A DNA stretch of 64,000 nt, from the NCBI GenBank assembly GCA_964202905.1, contig CAXNJO010000004.1:288001-352000 (forward strand), read 5' to 3'. Numbering within the stretch: the stretch's first letter is position 1; every line of letters begins with the position of its first letter. A program made the position numbers and the translations under genes. The stretch comes from Polyangiales bacterium. Lineage in GTDB: Bacteria > Myxococcota_A > Polyangia > Polyangiales > JADJQN01. The notes under the pieces are model-generated. The model made no database searches. It saw nothing but the letters and a program-made list of their open reading frames with translations, and was not told the origin of the DNA. Below, piece after piece: positions 1 to 13,900 of this stretch.

Positions 1-2492
1 TCGCGCTCCGCCGCACCTTCGTGCTGCTCGTCGCGCTGATCCAGCTGCTCATCGCGGCGGCGACCTTCGTGAACTACCTCTGGGCCGACGAGATCCCCCT
101 CACCTTCGCGAGTCTCGTCGCCCCGCTCGGCGAGCACCTCGCCGACAACGTCGGCCTCGTCCGCTTCTTCATGTTCCTGACCGCCGGGCTCTGCACGCTC
201 CCCGCGACGTTCGGGATGGGCGCGATGTTCCCGCTCACGCTGCGCATCTGGTCGAGCGGCGGGCGCAGCGTCGGCGCAGACGTCGCGGTCGTCTACACGT
301 CCAACACGATCGGCTCGATCCTCGGCGCGTGGCTCCCCGGCTTCGTGCTCTTCGCCCTCATCGGGGCCGAGAGCACGCTCCACCTCGGCGTCGCGCTGAA
401 CCTCGTGCTCGCGCTGATGATGCTGCTCGCGACCGCCGCGGACGTCCCCGAGACCTCCGCGAAGGCCGCGGCTGCAGGCGACGCGGGCGCTGACGACGCA
501 GCCCCCGCCACCGCGACGGGCACAGGCGCGAAGAAGGGCCGCGACCTCCCCGCCTGGCAGGCGGGCGTCGTGTACGTCCTCGCCCCGCTCATCCCCGCGC
601 TGCTCGCCCTCGGCTGGCTCGTCACCGCGAACCCGTCGTCGCGCTGGTCGATCCGCTGGGACCAGTCGAAGATGACGCTCGGCGTCTTCCGCGTCTCGCT
701 CGCGGCCGACGTGCTCGACCCGGAGCGCTGGGGTCAGCCGGACATCGTCTACTTCCGTGACGGCCTCTCGACGACCGTCACCGTCGAGCGCTGGGGCCGC
801 CACCTCGCGATGAAGAACAACGGCAAGGTCGACGCCAGCAACGGCGACGACATGCCGACGCAGATCATGGTCGGCGCGTACCCGCTGCTGATGCACGCGA
901 AGGGCCCACGCGACCTCGACGTCGCCGTCATCGGCTTCGGATCCGGCGTCACCGTGGGTTCGGCGCTTCGCTTCCCGGTGAAGAGCGTCGACGTCGTCGA
1001 GCTCGAGCGCTCGATCCCTGAGGCCTCGAAGTGGTTCGCCGACGTCAACCACCTCGAATATCCGCTCTCGGAGTTTCCGTACGTACAGATGGACCGCCTG
1101 CGCGTCGTCAACGACGACGGTCGCAACTACCTCGCGAGCACCGCGCGGAGGTACGACGTGATCATGTCCGAGCCCTCGAACCCCTGGATCACGGGCGTCT
1201 CGGACCTCTTCACCACCGACCACTTCCGCATCGCGAAGCGCGCGCTCAAGCCCGACGGCATCTACTGCCAATGGGTGCAGCTCTACGAGCTCAGCCCCGA
1301 GAACATCAAGACCATCTACCGGACCTTCGCCTCGCAGTTCCGCTACGTCGTGGTGTTCGCCGCGGAGAACCTCTCGAGCGACACGGTCGTGCTCGGCTCG
1401 GACTCGCCGCTGCCGCTCGACCTCACGCGGGTGCGCCGCGCGTACGACCTGCCCGGCGCGGCCGCCATGCTCGAGGAGGCGCGCATCTCGTCGCCCTACG
1501 ACATCTTCTCGCGCGTCATCCTCGCCTCGCGCGACGAGGTGATGCGCTACACGCGCATCCGGCAGCAGCGCGAGGGCGCGGCGTGGGTCTCGGACGTGAT
1601 GACCTCGAACGGCCCCGACGAGGTGTGTGCCGAGCCCGATTGCCGCCTCGTCCCTGCCGTTCTCAACACCGACGACAACGCCCGCATCGAGTTCGCGGCG
1701 CCGGACGATCTCATCGGCTTCCAGCGCTACGAGGGCTACCTCGGCAACATCTACTCGGAGCAATGGCCGTACGGTCACCTCGTCGATGCCGTGCGCGGCT
1801 TCGGTCGCGGCGACCAGGCCGCGCGGCACTACGCAGAGCAAGCGATGTCGCTCGTGATGAGCGGCCGCAAGGCCGAGGCCGCCCTCTTCATCGACCGCTC
1901 GCAGCGCGCGGGCCGCGTCCGGGAGACCGCGGTCGCACTCGAGACGCTCGCGCTGCTCATGAGCGACGAGCGCGAGCCGCGCGTGCAGATCGAGCCGCCG
2001 GTCCCCGGACCTCAGATGGACCGACGCACCGCCGAGCGCCTCACGACGGGCTTCGACGCGGTGAAATCGTCGGTCGATCGCAGCGCCTGGGCCGCCGCGC
2101 TCGCGGCGATGGAGGAGATCCCCGCGCCGCTGCGCCTGCACAGCGGACCGGGCATGCGCTTCCTCTACGGATACCTGCTCTACAAGGGCGCCGCGGGCGT
2201 CGCAGCGCAGCACCGCGCCGCCATCGACGTGCTCGAAGAGCTCGTCCGCGAGGACGAGGACTACGTCGCCGCGCACCCAGAGATCTACTACTTCCTCGCG
2301 CGCGCCCACGACGGCGAGCTCAACTACGCGCAAGGCCTCCGCAACATGCGGCTCTTCGTCGAGGCGCGCGTGGTTCCGTCGGTCGCGCCCGCGGCGGCGC
2401 CCACCACGCCCGCGTCCCCCGAAGCCACACCGTCCGCGCCTGCGGTACCCGCGCCCGCGACGCCGTCGCCGGCAGCCCAGCGCTCCCGCTGA
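1..2492 (+). CDS. Fused membrane/spermidine-synthase-like (polyamine aminopropyltransferase-like) protein, 5' end outside the window
   Basis: Frame is open from base 3. Multiple TM segments are followed by a SAM-binding domain (NNGKVDAS, VIGFGSGVT, VVELE, DGRNYL, YDVIMSEPSNPW), a helical TPR-like C-terminus and a Pro/Ala tail. Confidence 0.85.
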   Translation, partial: ALRRTFVLLVALIQLLIAAATFVNYLWADEIPLTFASLVAPLGEHLADNVGLVRFFMFLTAGLCTLPATFGMGAMFPLTLRIWSSGGRSVGADVAVVYTSNTIGSILGAWLPGFVLFALIGAESTLHLGVALNLVLALMMLLATAADVPETSAKAAAAGDAGADDAAPATATGTGAKKGRDLPAWQAGVVYVLAPLIPALLALGWLVTANPSSRWSIRWDQSKMTLGVFRVSLAADVLDPERWGQPDIVYFRDGLSTTVTVERWGRHLAMKNNGKVDASNGDDMPTQIMVGAYPLLMHAKGPRDLDVAVIGFGSGVTVGSALRFPVKSVDVVELERSIPEASKWFADVNHLEYPLSEFPYVQMDRLRVVNDDGRNYLASTARRYDVIMSEPSNPWITGVSDLFTTDHFRIAKRALKPDGIYCQWVQLYELSPENIKTIYRTFASQFRYVVVFAAENLSSDTVVLGSDSPLPLDLTRVRRAYDLPGAAAMLEEARISSPYDIFSRVILASRDEVMRYTRIRQQREGAAWVSDVMTSNGPDEVCAEPDCRLVPAVLNTDDNARIEFAAPDDLIGFQRYEGYLGNIYSEQWPYGHLVDAVRGFGRGDQAARHYAEQAMSLVMSGRKAEAALFIDRSQRAGRVRETAVALETLALLMSDEREPRVQIEPPVPGPQMDRRTAERLTTGFDAVKSSVDRSAWAAALAAMEEIPAPLRLHSGPGMRFLYGYLLYKGAAGVAAQHRAAIDVLEELVREDEDYVAAHPEIYYFLARAHDGELNYAQGLRNMRLFVEARVVPSVAPAAAPTTPASPEATPSAPAVPAPATPSPAAQRSR

Positions 2493-2512
2493 GCGGCCTC
2501 CCTGCATAGCCG

Positions 2513-2558
2513 CCTACGCACCCCGCGCGGTTCTGGGTGCGTAGGAGGGTACGCACCC
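2513..2558. repeat. Three alternating copies of TACGCACCC forming overlapping inverted repeats; candidate enhancer-binding sites or hairpin
   Basis: CCTACGCACCC (2513-2523), GGGTGCGTAGG (2535-2545), TACGCACCC (2550-2558). Confidence 0.75.
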
Positions 2559-2598
2559 ACGCCGCGGCGCCCGTCAGATTTCTGAAAAAACTGTTTTA

Positions 2599-2611
2599 TT
2601 TCAGGCTCTTG
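2599..2611 (+). promoter_or_regulatory. Candidate IHF site in an AT-rich patch
   Basis: TTTCAGGCTCTTG has one mismatch to WATCARNNNNTTR and follows the A/T tract at 2578-2600. Confidence 0.45.
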
Positions 2612-2640
2612 CAAGCACGTTGCCTGGTGGCTGCGGCGAC

Positions 2641-2656
2641 TGGCACGCGAGGTGCT
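2641..2656 (+). promoter_or_regulatory. sigma54 (-24/-12) promoter
   Basis: TGGCACG-CGAG-GTGCT, with GG (2642-2643) N10 GC (2654-2655) at exact spacing. Confidence 0.75.
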
Positions 2657-2669
2657 CCTGCGGAACATC

Positions 2670-2855
2670 ATGACGACCCCGAGCTCCGCTCAGCAGCGCG
2701 CCCTCAAGATCCTCGCGAAGTCGGTGTACCGGGAGCTCAAGTCGAGCGGCTACGCCCGCACGGACATGGTCGCGTTCACGACCGAGCTGCTCGATCTCGT
2801 CACCAGCGAGATGAAGCAGGACTCGGCGGGCGCATCGACCGCCGTCAACCCCTGA
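2670..2855 (+). CDS. Small (61 aa) helical protein of unknown function
   Basis: ATG at 2670, host-like codon usage, amphipathic sequence (ALKILAKSVYRELKSSGY...TELLDLV), flanked by a promoter and a hairpin. Confidence 0.8.
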   Translation: MTTPSSAQQRALKILAKSVYRELKSSGYARTDMVAFTTELLDLVTSEMKQDSAGASTAVNP

Positions 2856-2890
2856 CCCCGTCTCCGGGACCGCAGTCCGCGCGGCCCCAT

Positions 2891-2932
2891 GACGGGCCAC
2901 GTCGCGCGGAGCCGTGCGGGCCCGTCTTGCTT
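2891..2932 (+). terminator. Possible intrinsic terminator
   Basis: GACGGGCC (2891-2898) / GGCCCGTC (2919-2926) followed by TTGCTT. Confidence 0.45.
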
Positions 2933-2977
2933 GCGCCGCACAGGCCGGATCCCCCGACGAAACAAGGGTTTCCATGC

Positions 2978-3006
2978 TTGACCGCTCCGGGCGGCGTCGG
3001 TAGAGT
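2978..3006 (+). promoter_or_regulatory. sigma70-type promoter of the gap operon
   Basis: TTGACC-N17-TAGAGT. Confidence 0.7.
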
Positions 3007-3072
3007 GCGCCGCCCTCGCGCCCGGGTCGGCGCTCGTGCGGGCACCTCTCACACGACCCTTTCGGAGCCGGG

Positions 3073-4086
3073 ATGACCACGAAGATCGCGATCAACGGGT
3101 TCGGCCGCATCGGCCGCTGCGTCGCCCGTATCCTCTTCTCGCAGACGAACCACGACCTCGAGCTCGTCGCCATCAACGACCTGACGAGCCCGGACGTCCT
3201 CGCACATCTGCTCCAGTTCGACTCGGTGCACCGGACGTTCGGGCACGAGGTGGCCTCCGACGAGCACGGCCTGCGCATCGGCGGCCGCAGCGTCCCGGTC
3301 TTCGCCAAGAAGGACCCGGCGGAGCTCCCGTGGAAGGCGCTCGGCGTCGACATCGTCCTCGAGTGCACGGGCCTCTTCCGCGACCGCGCGGGCGCAGGCA
3401 AACACCTCGCGGCCGGCGCGAAGCGCGTGATCATCAGCGCGCCCGGCGAGAAGGACATCGACGGCACGTTCTGCGTCGGGATCAACACCGACACCTACGA
3501 TCCGACGAAGCACTTCATCGTCTCGAACGCGTCGTGCACGACGAACTGCCTCGCGCCCGTCGCCAAGGTCATCCACGAGCGTTTCGGCCTCCTGAAGGGC
3601 CACATGGTCACGGTGCACTCGTACACGAACGACCAGCGCATCCTCGATCTGCCTCACAAGGACCTGCGCCGCGCGCGCGCCGCAGCGCTCTCGATGATCC
3701 CCTCGACGACCGGCGCCGCGAAGGCCATTGGCCTCGTGCTTCCCGAGCTGAAGGGCAAGCTCGACGGCACCTCGATCCGCGTGCCGACGCCGGATGTCTC
3801 GCTCACCTGCCTTACCGCGCACGTCGCGAGGGCGACGACCCGCGACGAGGTGAACGCAGCGCTCGCCGAGTACGCCGCCGGACCGCTCGCGGGCATCCTC
3901 GGGTTCGAGACACGCGAGCTCGTCTCCTCGGACTTCATCGGCGACGGCCGCTCGTCGATCGTCGATGCGGCGCAAACGTCCGTCATCGGCGGCGATCTCG
4001 TCGAGGTGCAGGCTTGGTACGACAACGAGTGGGGCTTCTCCCGCCGGATGGTCGACCTCTCCTCCCTTCTTGCATCGAAGGGCTGA
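3073..4086 (+). CDS. gap: Type I glyceraldehyde-3-phosphate dehydrogenase
   Basis: INGFGRIGR, SNASCTTNCL, RVPT and WYDNEWG motifs. Confidence 0.98.
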   Translation: MTTKIAINGFGRIGRCVARILFSQTNHDLELVAINDLTSPDVLAHLLQFDSVHRTFGHEVASDEHGLRIGGRSVPVFAKKDPAELPWKALGVDIVLECTGLFRDRAGAGKHLAAGAKRVIISAPGEKDIDGTFCVGINTDTYDPTKHFIVSNASCTTNCLAPVAKVIHERFGLLKGHMVTVHSYTNDQRILDLPHKDLRRARAAALSMIPSTTGAAKAIGLVLPELKGKLDGTSIRVPTPDVSLTCLTAHVARATTRDEVNAALAEYAAGPLAGILGFETRELVSSDFIGDGRSSIVDAAQTSVIGGDLVEVQAWYDNEWGFSRRMVDLSSLLASKG

Positions 4087-4092
4087 CGCGTC

Positions 4093-5283
4093 ATGGCGCT
4101 CGCCGACGGGATCCGCTCCATCCGTGACCTCGAGCTCGCCGGTCGACGCGTGTTCATCCGCGTCGACTTCAATGTCCCGCTGAGCGGTCGGACGGTCACC
4201 GACGACACGCGGATCCGGGCCGCGCTCCCGACCATCCAGTACGCGCTCGATCAGGGCGCGCGCGTCGTGCTCGCGTCGCACCTCGGGCGTCCGAAGAGCG
4301 GCCGCGACGCAAAACTCTCGCTCGAACCCGCGGGCAGCGCGCTCGCGGGGCTCCTCGGCCTCGACGTCGTCCTCGCTGACGACTGCATCGGCGACGGCCC
4401 GCGCAAGGTCGTCCAGGACCTCCGCGACGGTCAGGTCGCGATGCTCGAGAACCTTCGCTTTCACGCCGAAGAGGAGGCCGACGACGAGGCCTTCGCGCGT
4501 GAACTCGCGAAGCTCTGCGACGTCTACGTGAACGACGCGTTCGGGGCCGCGCACCGCGCGCACGCCTCGGTCCACGCGCTGCCGCGCCTCGTCACCGAGC
4601 GCGGCGCGGGCCTGCTCATGGAGCGCGAGGTCGCGTCGCTCGGTCAGCTCCTCGGCGACGTCGAGAAGCCCTACGTGCTCGTGCTCGGCGGGGCGAAAGT
4701 CTCGGACAAGATGGGCGTCTTCGAGCAGATGCTCGGCAAGGTCTCCGCGATCCTCGTCGGCGGCGCGATGGCCAACACCTTCCTCGCGGCGCAGGGCCTT
4801 GGCGTCGGGCGCAGCAAGATCGAGGAAGACAAACTCCCGCTCGCGCGTTCCGTGGTGCTGAAGGCCCGTGAACGCGGGGTCGCGCTGCTGTTGCCGGAGG
4901 ACGTCGTCGTCGCGGGATCGCTCGACGCGGCGAGCGGCAGCGTCGTCGGCAGCGACGCGATCCCTGCGGACACGATGGCGCTCGACATCGGGCCGCGCAC
5001 CGTGGCGGCCTTCCGAGAGAAGCTCAAGCGCGCGCAAACGGTGCTCTGGAACGGGCCGATGGGCCTCTTCGAGAAGGCCCCCTTCGCGTCGGGGACGCGC
5101 GGGGTCGCGCAGGCCATCGTCGACTCCGGCGCGTTCAGCGTGGTCGGGGGCGGCGACAGCGTGGCGGCGGTCCAAGCGGCCGGCCTCGCCGACCGCTTCG
5201 GCCACGTGTCGACGGGGGGCGGCGCATCCCTCGAACTCCTCGAGGGGCGCAAGCTCCCGGGCGTGGAAGCACTGCGCGCATGA
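4093..5283 (+). CDS. pgk: Phosphoglycerate kinase
   Basis: [38 protein letters not shown] and STGGGASL motifs. Confidence 0.98.
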   Translation: MALADGIRSIRDLELAGRRVFIRVDFNVPLSGRTVTDDTRIRAALPTIQYALDQGARVVLASHLGRPKSGRDAKLSLEPAGSALAGLLGLDVVLADDCIGDGPRKVVQDLRDGQVAMLENLRFHAEEEADDEAFARELAKLCDVYVNDAFGAAHRAHASVHALPRLVTERGAGLLMEREVASLGQLLGDVEKPYVLVLGGAKVSDKMGVFEQMLGKVSAILVGGAMANTFLAAQGLGVGRSKIEEDKLPLARSVVLKARERGVALLLPEDVVVAGSLDAASGSVVGSDAIPADTMALDIGPRTVAAFREKLKRAQTVLWNGPMGLFEKAPFASGTRGVAQAIVDSGAFSVVGGGDSVAAVQAAGLADRFGHVSTGGGASLELLEGRKLPGVEALRA

Positions 5284-6089
5284 GCGCGGGCGCAGCGGCT
5301 GGACAGACCGAGCTCGGCGCCGTCGGCCACGGCGGGCGGCGTCCGCTCGTCATCGGCAATTGGAAGATGCACAAGACGGTCGCGGAGTCCGTCGCGTTCG
5401 CGCACGCGCTGCGCGAAGCCGGCGCCAGAGACCACGCGGCAGAGGTCGTCATCGCTCCCTCCTTCCTCGCGCTGCATGCCACGCACGGGGTCACGTACGA
5501 CGCCGGGATCGGGCTCGCCGCGCAGGACGTGCACTGGGAGACCCACGGTGCGTACACGGGTGAGGTGAGCGCGGCGCAGCTGCATCACGTGGGCTGCGCG
5601 TATTGCATCGTCGGGCACTCGGAGCGGCGACACCTCTTCGGCGAGCGTGACGAGGACGTCCGCAAGAAGGTCGCATCCCTGATCGCGCATGGGGTCCGCC
5701 CGATCGTCTGCGTCGGCGAGACGCTGCTCGAGCGCGACCGCGGGGAGACGATCTCCGTGGTCCTGCGCGAGGTGCGCGAGGCGTTTCTCGGACTCGACCC
5801 GGGCGTCCTCGAGCGCGGCGTGATCGCGTACGAGCCGCTCTGGGCAATCGGCACCGGACGCACCGCGACGCCGGCAGACGCGCAACACGTGCACGCGGCG
5901 GTCCGCGCGTTGCTCGTCGAACTCGCGGGCGCCGAGGGCGCGTCGCGCATCCGCATCCTCTACGGCGGCAGCGTCAAGCCCGACAACGCGGCCGCGCTGC
6001 TCGCCGAACCCGACGTCGACGGCGCGCTCGTCGGAGGCGCCGCGCTCGAAGTGAAGTCGTTCGTGGCGATCGTCGCCGCCGCGCGGTAG
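5280..6089 (+). CDS. tpiA: Triose-phosphate isomerase
   Basis: [20 protein letters not shown] and LYGGSV motifs; ATGA overlap with pgk. Confidence 0.97.
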   Translation: MSAGAAAGQTELGAVGHGGRRPLVIGNWKMHKTVAESVAFAHALREAGARDHAAEVVIAPSFLALHATHGVTYDAGIGLAAQDVHWETHGAYTGEVSAAQLHHVGCAYCIVGHSERRHLFGERDEDVRKKVASLIAHGVRPIVCVGETLLERDRGETISVVLREVREAFLGLDPGVLERGVIAYEPLWAIGTGRTATPADAQHVHAAVRALLVELAGAEGASRIRILYGGSVKPDNAAALLAEPDVDGALVGGAALEVKSFVAIVAAAR

Positions 6090-6127
6090 ACTGCCCCCCC
6101 CAAGCCCCCGCCTTCAGCAGGTCCCTC

Positions 6128-6613
6128 ATGTTCGCCTTCGTCTCCGTCATCTACGTCATCGTCTGCGTGTTCCTCATCCTCGTCGTGCTGCTGCAGGCGG
6201 GCAAGGGAGGCGGCATGGGCGCAGCCTTCGGCGGCAGCGGCGGCAGCCAGACGGTCTTCGGCGGCGCGGGCGCGGGCAACTTCCTCACCCGGCTGACCTG
6301 GGTGAGCGCGGTGCTGTTCATGCTCCTCTCGGGCGTCCTCGCGTTCATGTCGTCATCGAGCGACAAGAGCCTCGAGGAGGCCGCCCGGGTCGCGCGCGAG
6401 CGCGAGGCCGCCCGCGACGTCAGCAACGCCCCGACGAAGGCGCCCGCGGCTGCCGGGATGTCGACGGAGAACGCGGACGCCGGCGCCGCTGCTCCGCCGG
6501 CCGCGCCCGCAGCACCGGCCGAGGCGCCGGCCGAGCCCGAGGCGCCGGCCGAGCCCGAGGCGCCCGAGGCCGATGCGCCGGCCGCAGCCGACGTGCCTGC
6601 CGCCGCGGAGTGA
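6128..6613 (+). CDS. secG: Preprotein translocase subunit SecG with an extended Ala/Pro/Glu tail
   Basis: [17 protein letters not shown]...NFLTRLT, two TM segments, conserved position after tpiA. Confidence 0.95.
   Translation: MFAFVSVIYVIVCVFLILVVLLQAGKGGGMGAAFGGSGGSQTVFGGAGAGNFLTRLTWVSAVLFMLLSGVLAFMSSSSDKSLEEAARVAREREAARDVSNAPTKAPAAAGMSTENADAGAAAPPAAPAAPAEAPAEPEAPAEPEAPEADAPAAADVPAAAE
6521..6564 (+). repeat. 18-bp in-frame tandem repeat (EAPAEP) in the secG tail
   Basis: GAGGCGCCGGCCGAGCCC x2 plus a partial third copy. Confidence 0.8.
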
Positions 6614-6841
6614 GCGCCTTCGCCGCTCGCGGCGTCCGGCTCGCAGCCGCGTCGATGCGCTGACGCGTCGGAGCCTTCGTCGGCATAGCCGCCATGTCGC
6701 GGTTGCGTATCGTCGCGACGCCCCGCACTCGCCTCACGGGGTCGCGGCGCCGCAGCCTGCAACTGTTGGTGCGCGCGTGCGGCCCCTCGCGCGGTCGCCC
6801 GTCCGCCGCACACCCGACGTCGCGCGGTGCTGCCGCGACAC

Positions 6842-10835
<3,994 letters not shown>

Positions 10836-10985
10836 CGCGGGAAACTCGATCGGGGGAAACACGCGTCGACTGCCGCGCGCCGCCCCCTGCAGCGCACCGG
10901 TGGGACACGCATCCAACCGCAAGCGCCTCCCCTAGCACGCGCGTCGGAGCGAGGCCACGCGCGCGTCGACGCCGGGCCGCGCGCG

Positions 10986-13900
10986 TCAGAAGCAGACGTT
11001 CTCGCGGTCGACGCGTAGCGGGATGACTCCCGAAATGGCGCTCGTTCCGAGCGCAGTGGTGACGCGAACGAATGCATTGCTCCCGCCCGTCGCCGCCGTG
11101 ACACCAAGCTCGAACGGATAGCCGGGCTCCAGATGCCTCCCAAACGCAGCGGGTGTTGCACACGTCCCGACGCAGCGCGTGCTCGTGGTGGCGCCCCCGA
11201 GCGACGTGGGCATCTCGTACGCCACGACAGGACTCGGGTCCGTGGTGTTGAAGCGCAACTCGAAGCGGTCGTCTCGGTAGAGCGTTCGCGGGTCGTCGGG
11301 GGTGTAGGTGATGATCAGCGTCTGATTGATGCTGCCCGACGTGGTCGAGTTCAGATGGACCGCGGTTGGAGGCACAACCGTCCCTAGCGTCGTGCGAGCA
11401 CCACTCGCGTCCGTGACGACCACCGACACCTGATCCGCCTCGGTCGCGAGAGCACCGGTGAAGAAACGCCACTCGACGGAGAGTGAATTGGGGCGGGACC
11501 GTGGCGTGCCGACGCTGCCCGTGTAGCCGGTGTCACGGTCGCCCGTTCCCGTCCGCGCCAGCACGACGGACCAGCCATCTGCGGGATACGTCGTGGTGCC
11601 GCGTGCAACCTGAGCCTGCACGAGGAACGTCAACGGTCCCCAACCGACGTAGGGCCGCGACTGCGTCAGCGTGGCGCTCCGGGTCCAGAGCGCACGCCGA
11701 CCGGCTGAACAACGGTGCGACCGTCGTGCCGGCGCTCACCAGCCGAACCCCAATGTCACTGACTGGAGTACCGAAGTTTCCGCACGTCGGGCCCCCGGAG
11801 ACCGGGCCCCCGGAGACCGGGCCCCCGGAGACCGTGAGTTCGTTGCAGGCGAACGAGTCACTCACGATGGCGGTCGCGATACTCGCGTCCGTCGTCGTCA
11901 CCGGATCTCCGTCGTCCTCGCAGTAGTTGCAGACTTCGGACGCCGTCCAGCAGGAGGAATCGAGATACGCGCAGTTGGTGTCGCAGCGGCGGCGACCGTT
12001 GGTCACCGTTCCACAAACGATGGGATAGGTGTTCGAGACGACCGGCGCAGTCGCGGTGAGCGAACACGCGGTGATGCTGTTCTGCGCGCACGCGAAGCCC
12101 TCGTCGACGAGGCCGTCGCCGTCGTCGTCGGCGGCGTTGCACGTCGGAGGATTTGCGGGCCCCTCGTCGGCCGTGCGGCAGGTGTCCCAACCACGGCAAT
12201 CGCCGCGACAGACCTGAGTCGCGCCTGCGACGCCGGAGGGCGTCGTGCACGAACGCGTCTGCCCCTGAAAACACGGGTCCATCCCGTCCGCGTCGAAGCC
12301 CTCGTCGAGCGATCCGTCGCGGTCGTCGTCGCAGCCATTGCACGTCTCGACGGCCGCGGCGCACGTGGTCGACGACGACGGCACTCCGCACGCGGCCGTG
12401 CAGGCGTACGTGCCGGGTGTGCCGCAGGCCGTGACGCAGGCGTTGCCGGTGCTGCTCCGCACGCAAGCGTAGCCATCATCCAAGATGCCATCGCAGTCGT
12501 CGTCGGCGCCGTTGCACGTCTCCGTCGGCAGGCTCGGCGAGAACGTCTCGCTGGTGCAGGTCGGGCCGCAGACGTACGTGCCGGAGACGCTGCCCGCCGT
12601 CGTGCACGCTCCGAAGGTGCCCATGCCCGCGCGCGCGGTGCCGAAGACGCACAGAAAGCCATCGTCGGCGATGCCATCGCAGTCGTCGTCGAGGCCGTTG
12701 CACAGCTCGGCGCGCATCGGCGTCCGCGACGAGTCCGAGTCGTTGCAGTCACCGGCGACGTTCGCGTAGCCGCTCGGGCAGAAACCGGCGGCCATGCGCG
12801 ATGCGTCGCGACAGATCGTCGTGATCGCCGTGCCGCTGCCAAATCCATCGCTGTCGGCGTCGAGGTAGCAGCTCGCGGCGAGCAGCGTCTCGTCGGTCAT
12901 CCCGTCGCAGTCGTCGTCGAGGCCGTTGCACGTCTCGGTGAGCGTGCCCGGATCGATGTTGCCGCTGCACGAAGCCCACGCGCCCGCGATGCAGAGCTGC
13001 GTGCCCGCGCGGCAGACGCCGCGGATCGGCGAGCCGCCGCCGCACGCGCGCGACGATCCGTCGATGCAGGCGCAGCCTTCGTTCGCCGTGCTGTCGCAGT
13101 CCTCGTCGCGCATCGTCGCGTCGCAGACCTCGACGCCGACGGGCGAGCTGCTCGCGCGCGCGTCGTCGCAATCGCCACTGGCCGCCACGAAGCCCGTGGG
13201 CGCCGTGCAGCCCGTCGCCGTCGTCGCGAGCGCGCCGAAGCCGTCGCCGTCGGCGTCACGGTAGTAGGTACGCGTGACGCCCTCGTCGATCGTCCCGTCA
13301 CAGTCGTCGTCGACGCCGTTGCACGTCTCCGTGCCGCCCGGGCGCACCACGCCGTTCGCGTCGTTGCAATCGGTGTTCGCCGCGGTGCCGCCCGCATTCG
13401 TGTAGCCGCTCGGGCAGCTCCCGACGGCCGAGCGCGAAGGGTCCGCGCAGAGCGTCGTGATCACGGCGCCGCTGCCGAATCCATCGCTGTCGGCGTCGAG
13501 GTAGCAGCTCGCGGCGAGGAGCGTCTCGTCAGTCATCCCGTCGCAGTCGTCGTCGAGGCCGTTGCAGGTCTCGGTGAGCGTGCCCGGATCGATGTTGCCG
13601 CTGCACCCGGCCCACGCGCCCGCGATGCAGCGCTGCACGCCTGCGCGGCACGCCCCGCGGACCGGCGCACCGCCGCCGCAGGCCCGCGTCGCCCCATCCG
13701 TGCACGCGCAGCCCTCGTTCGCCGCGCCGTCGCAGTCCTCGTCGAGCGGCATCGCCGCCGCGTCGCACGCCTCGGTACCGACCGGCGAGACGAACGGGCG
13801 CGTGTCGTCGCAGTCACCCGCGGCCGCGACGTAGCCGGCCGGCGCTCCGCAGACGCTCAGCTGCATCGTCATCACGCCGAAGCCGTCGCCGTCCGCGTCG

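Noticed and set aside
6614..6841. tRNA-Leu, often found after secG
   Set aside because: No recognisable cloverleaf, T-loop (GTTCRA) or CCA end in this interval.
11789..11833. CRISPR array
   Set aside because: Adjacent 15-bp repeats with no spacers, inside a CDS; no cas genes seen.
10986..13630. Diversity-generating retroelement (lectin tip plus near-identical repeats)
   Set aside because: No reverse transcriptase in the window. Both repeats are in-frame stalk units, and neither covers the tip.
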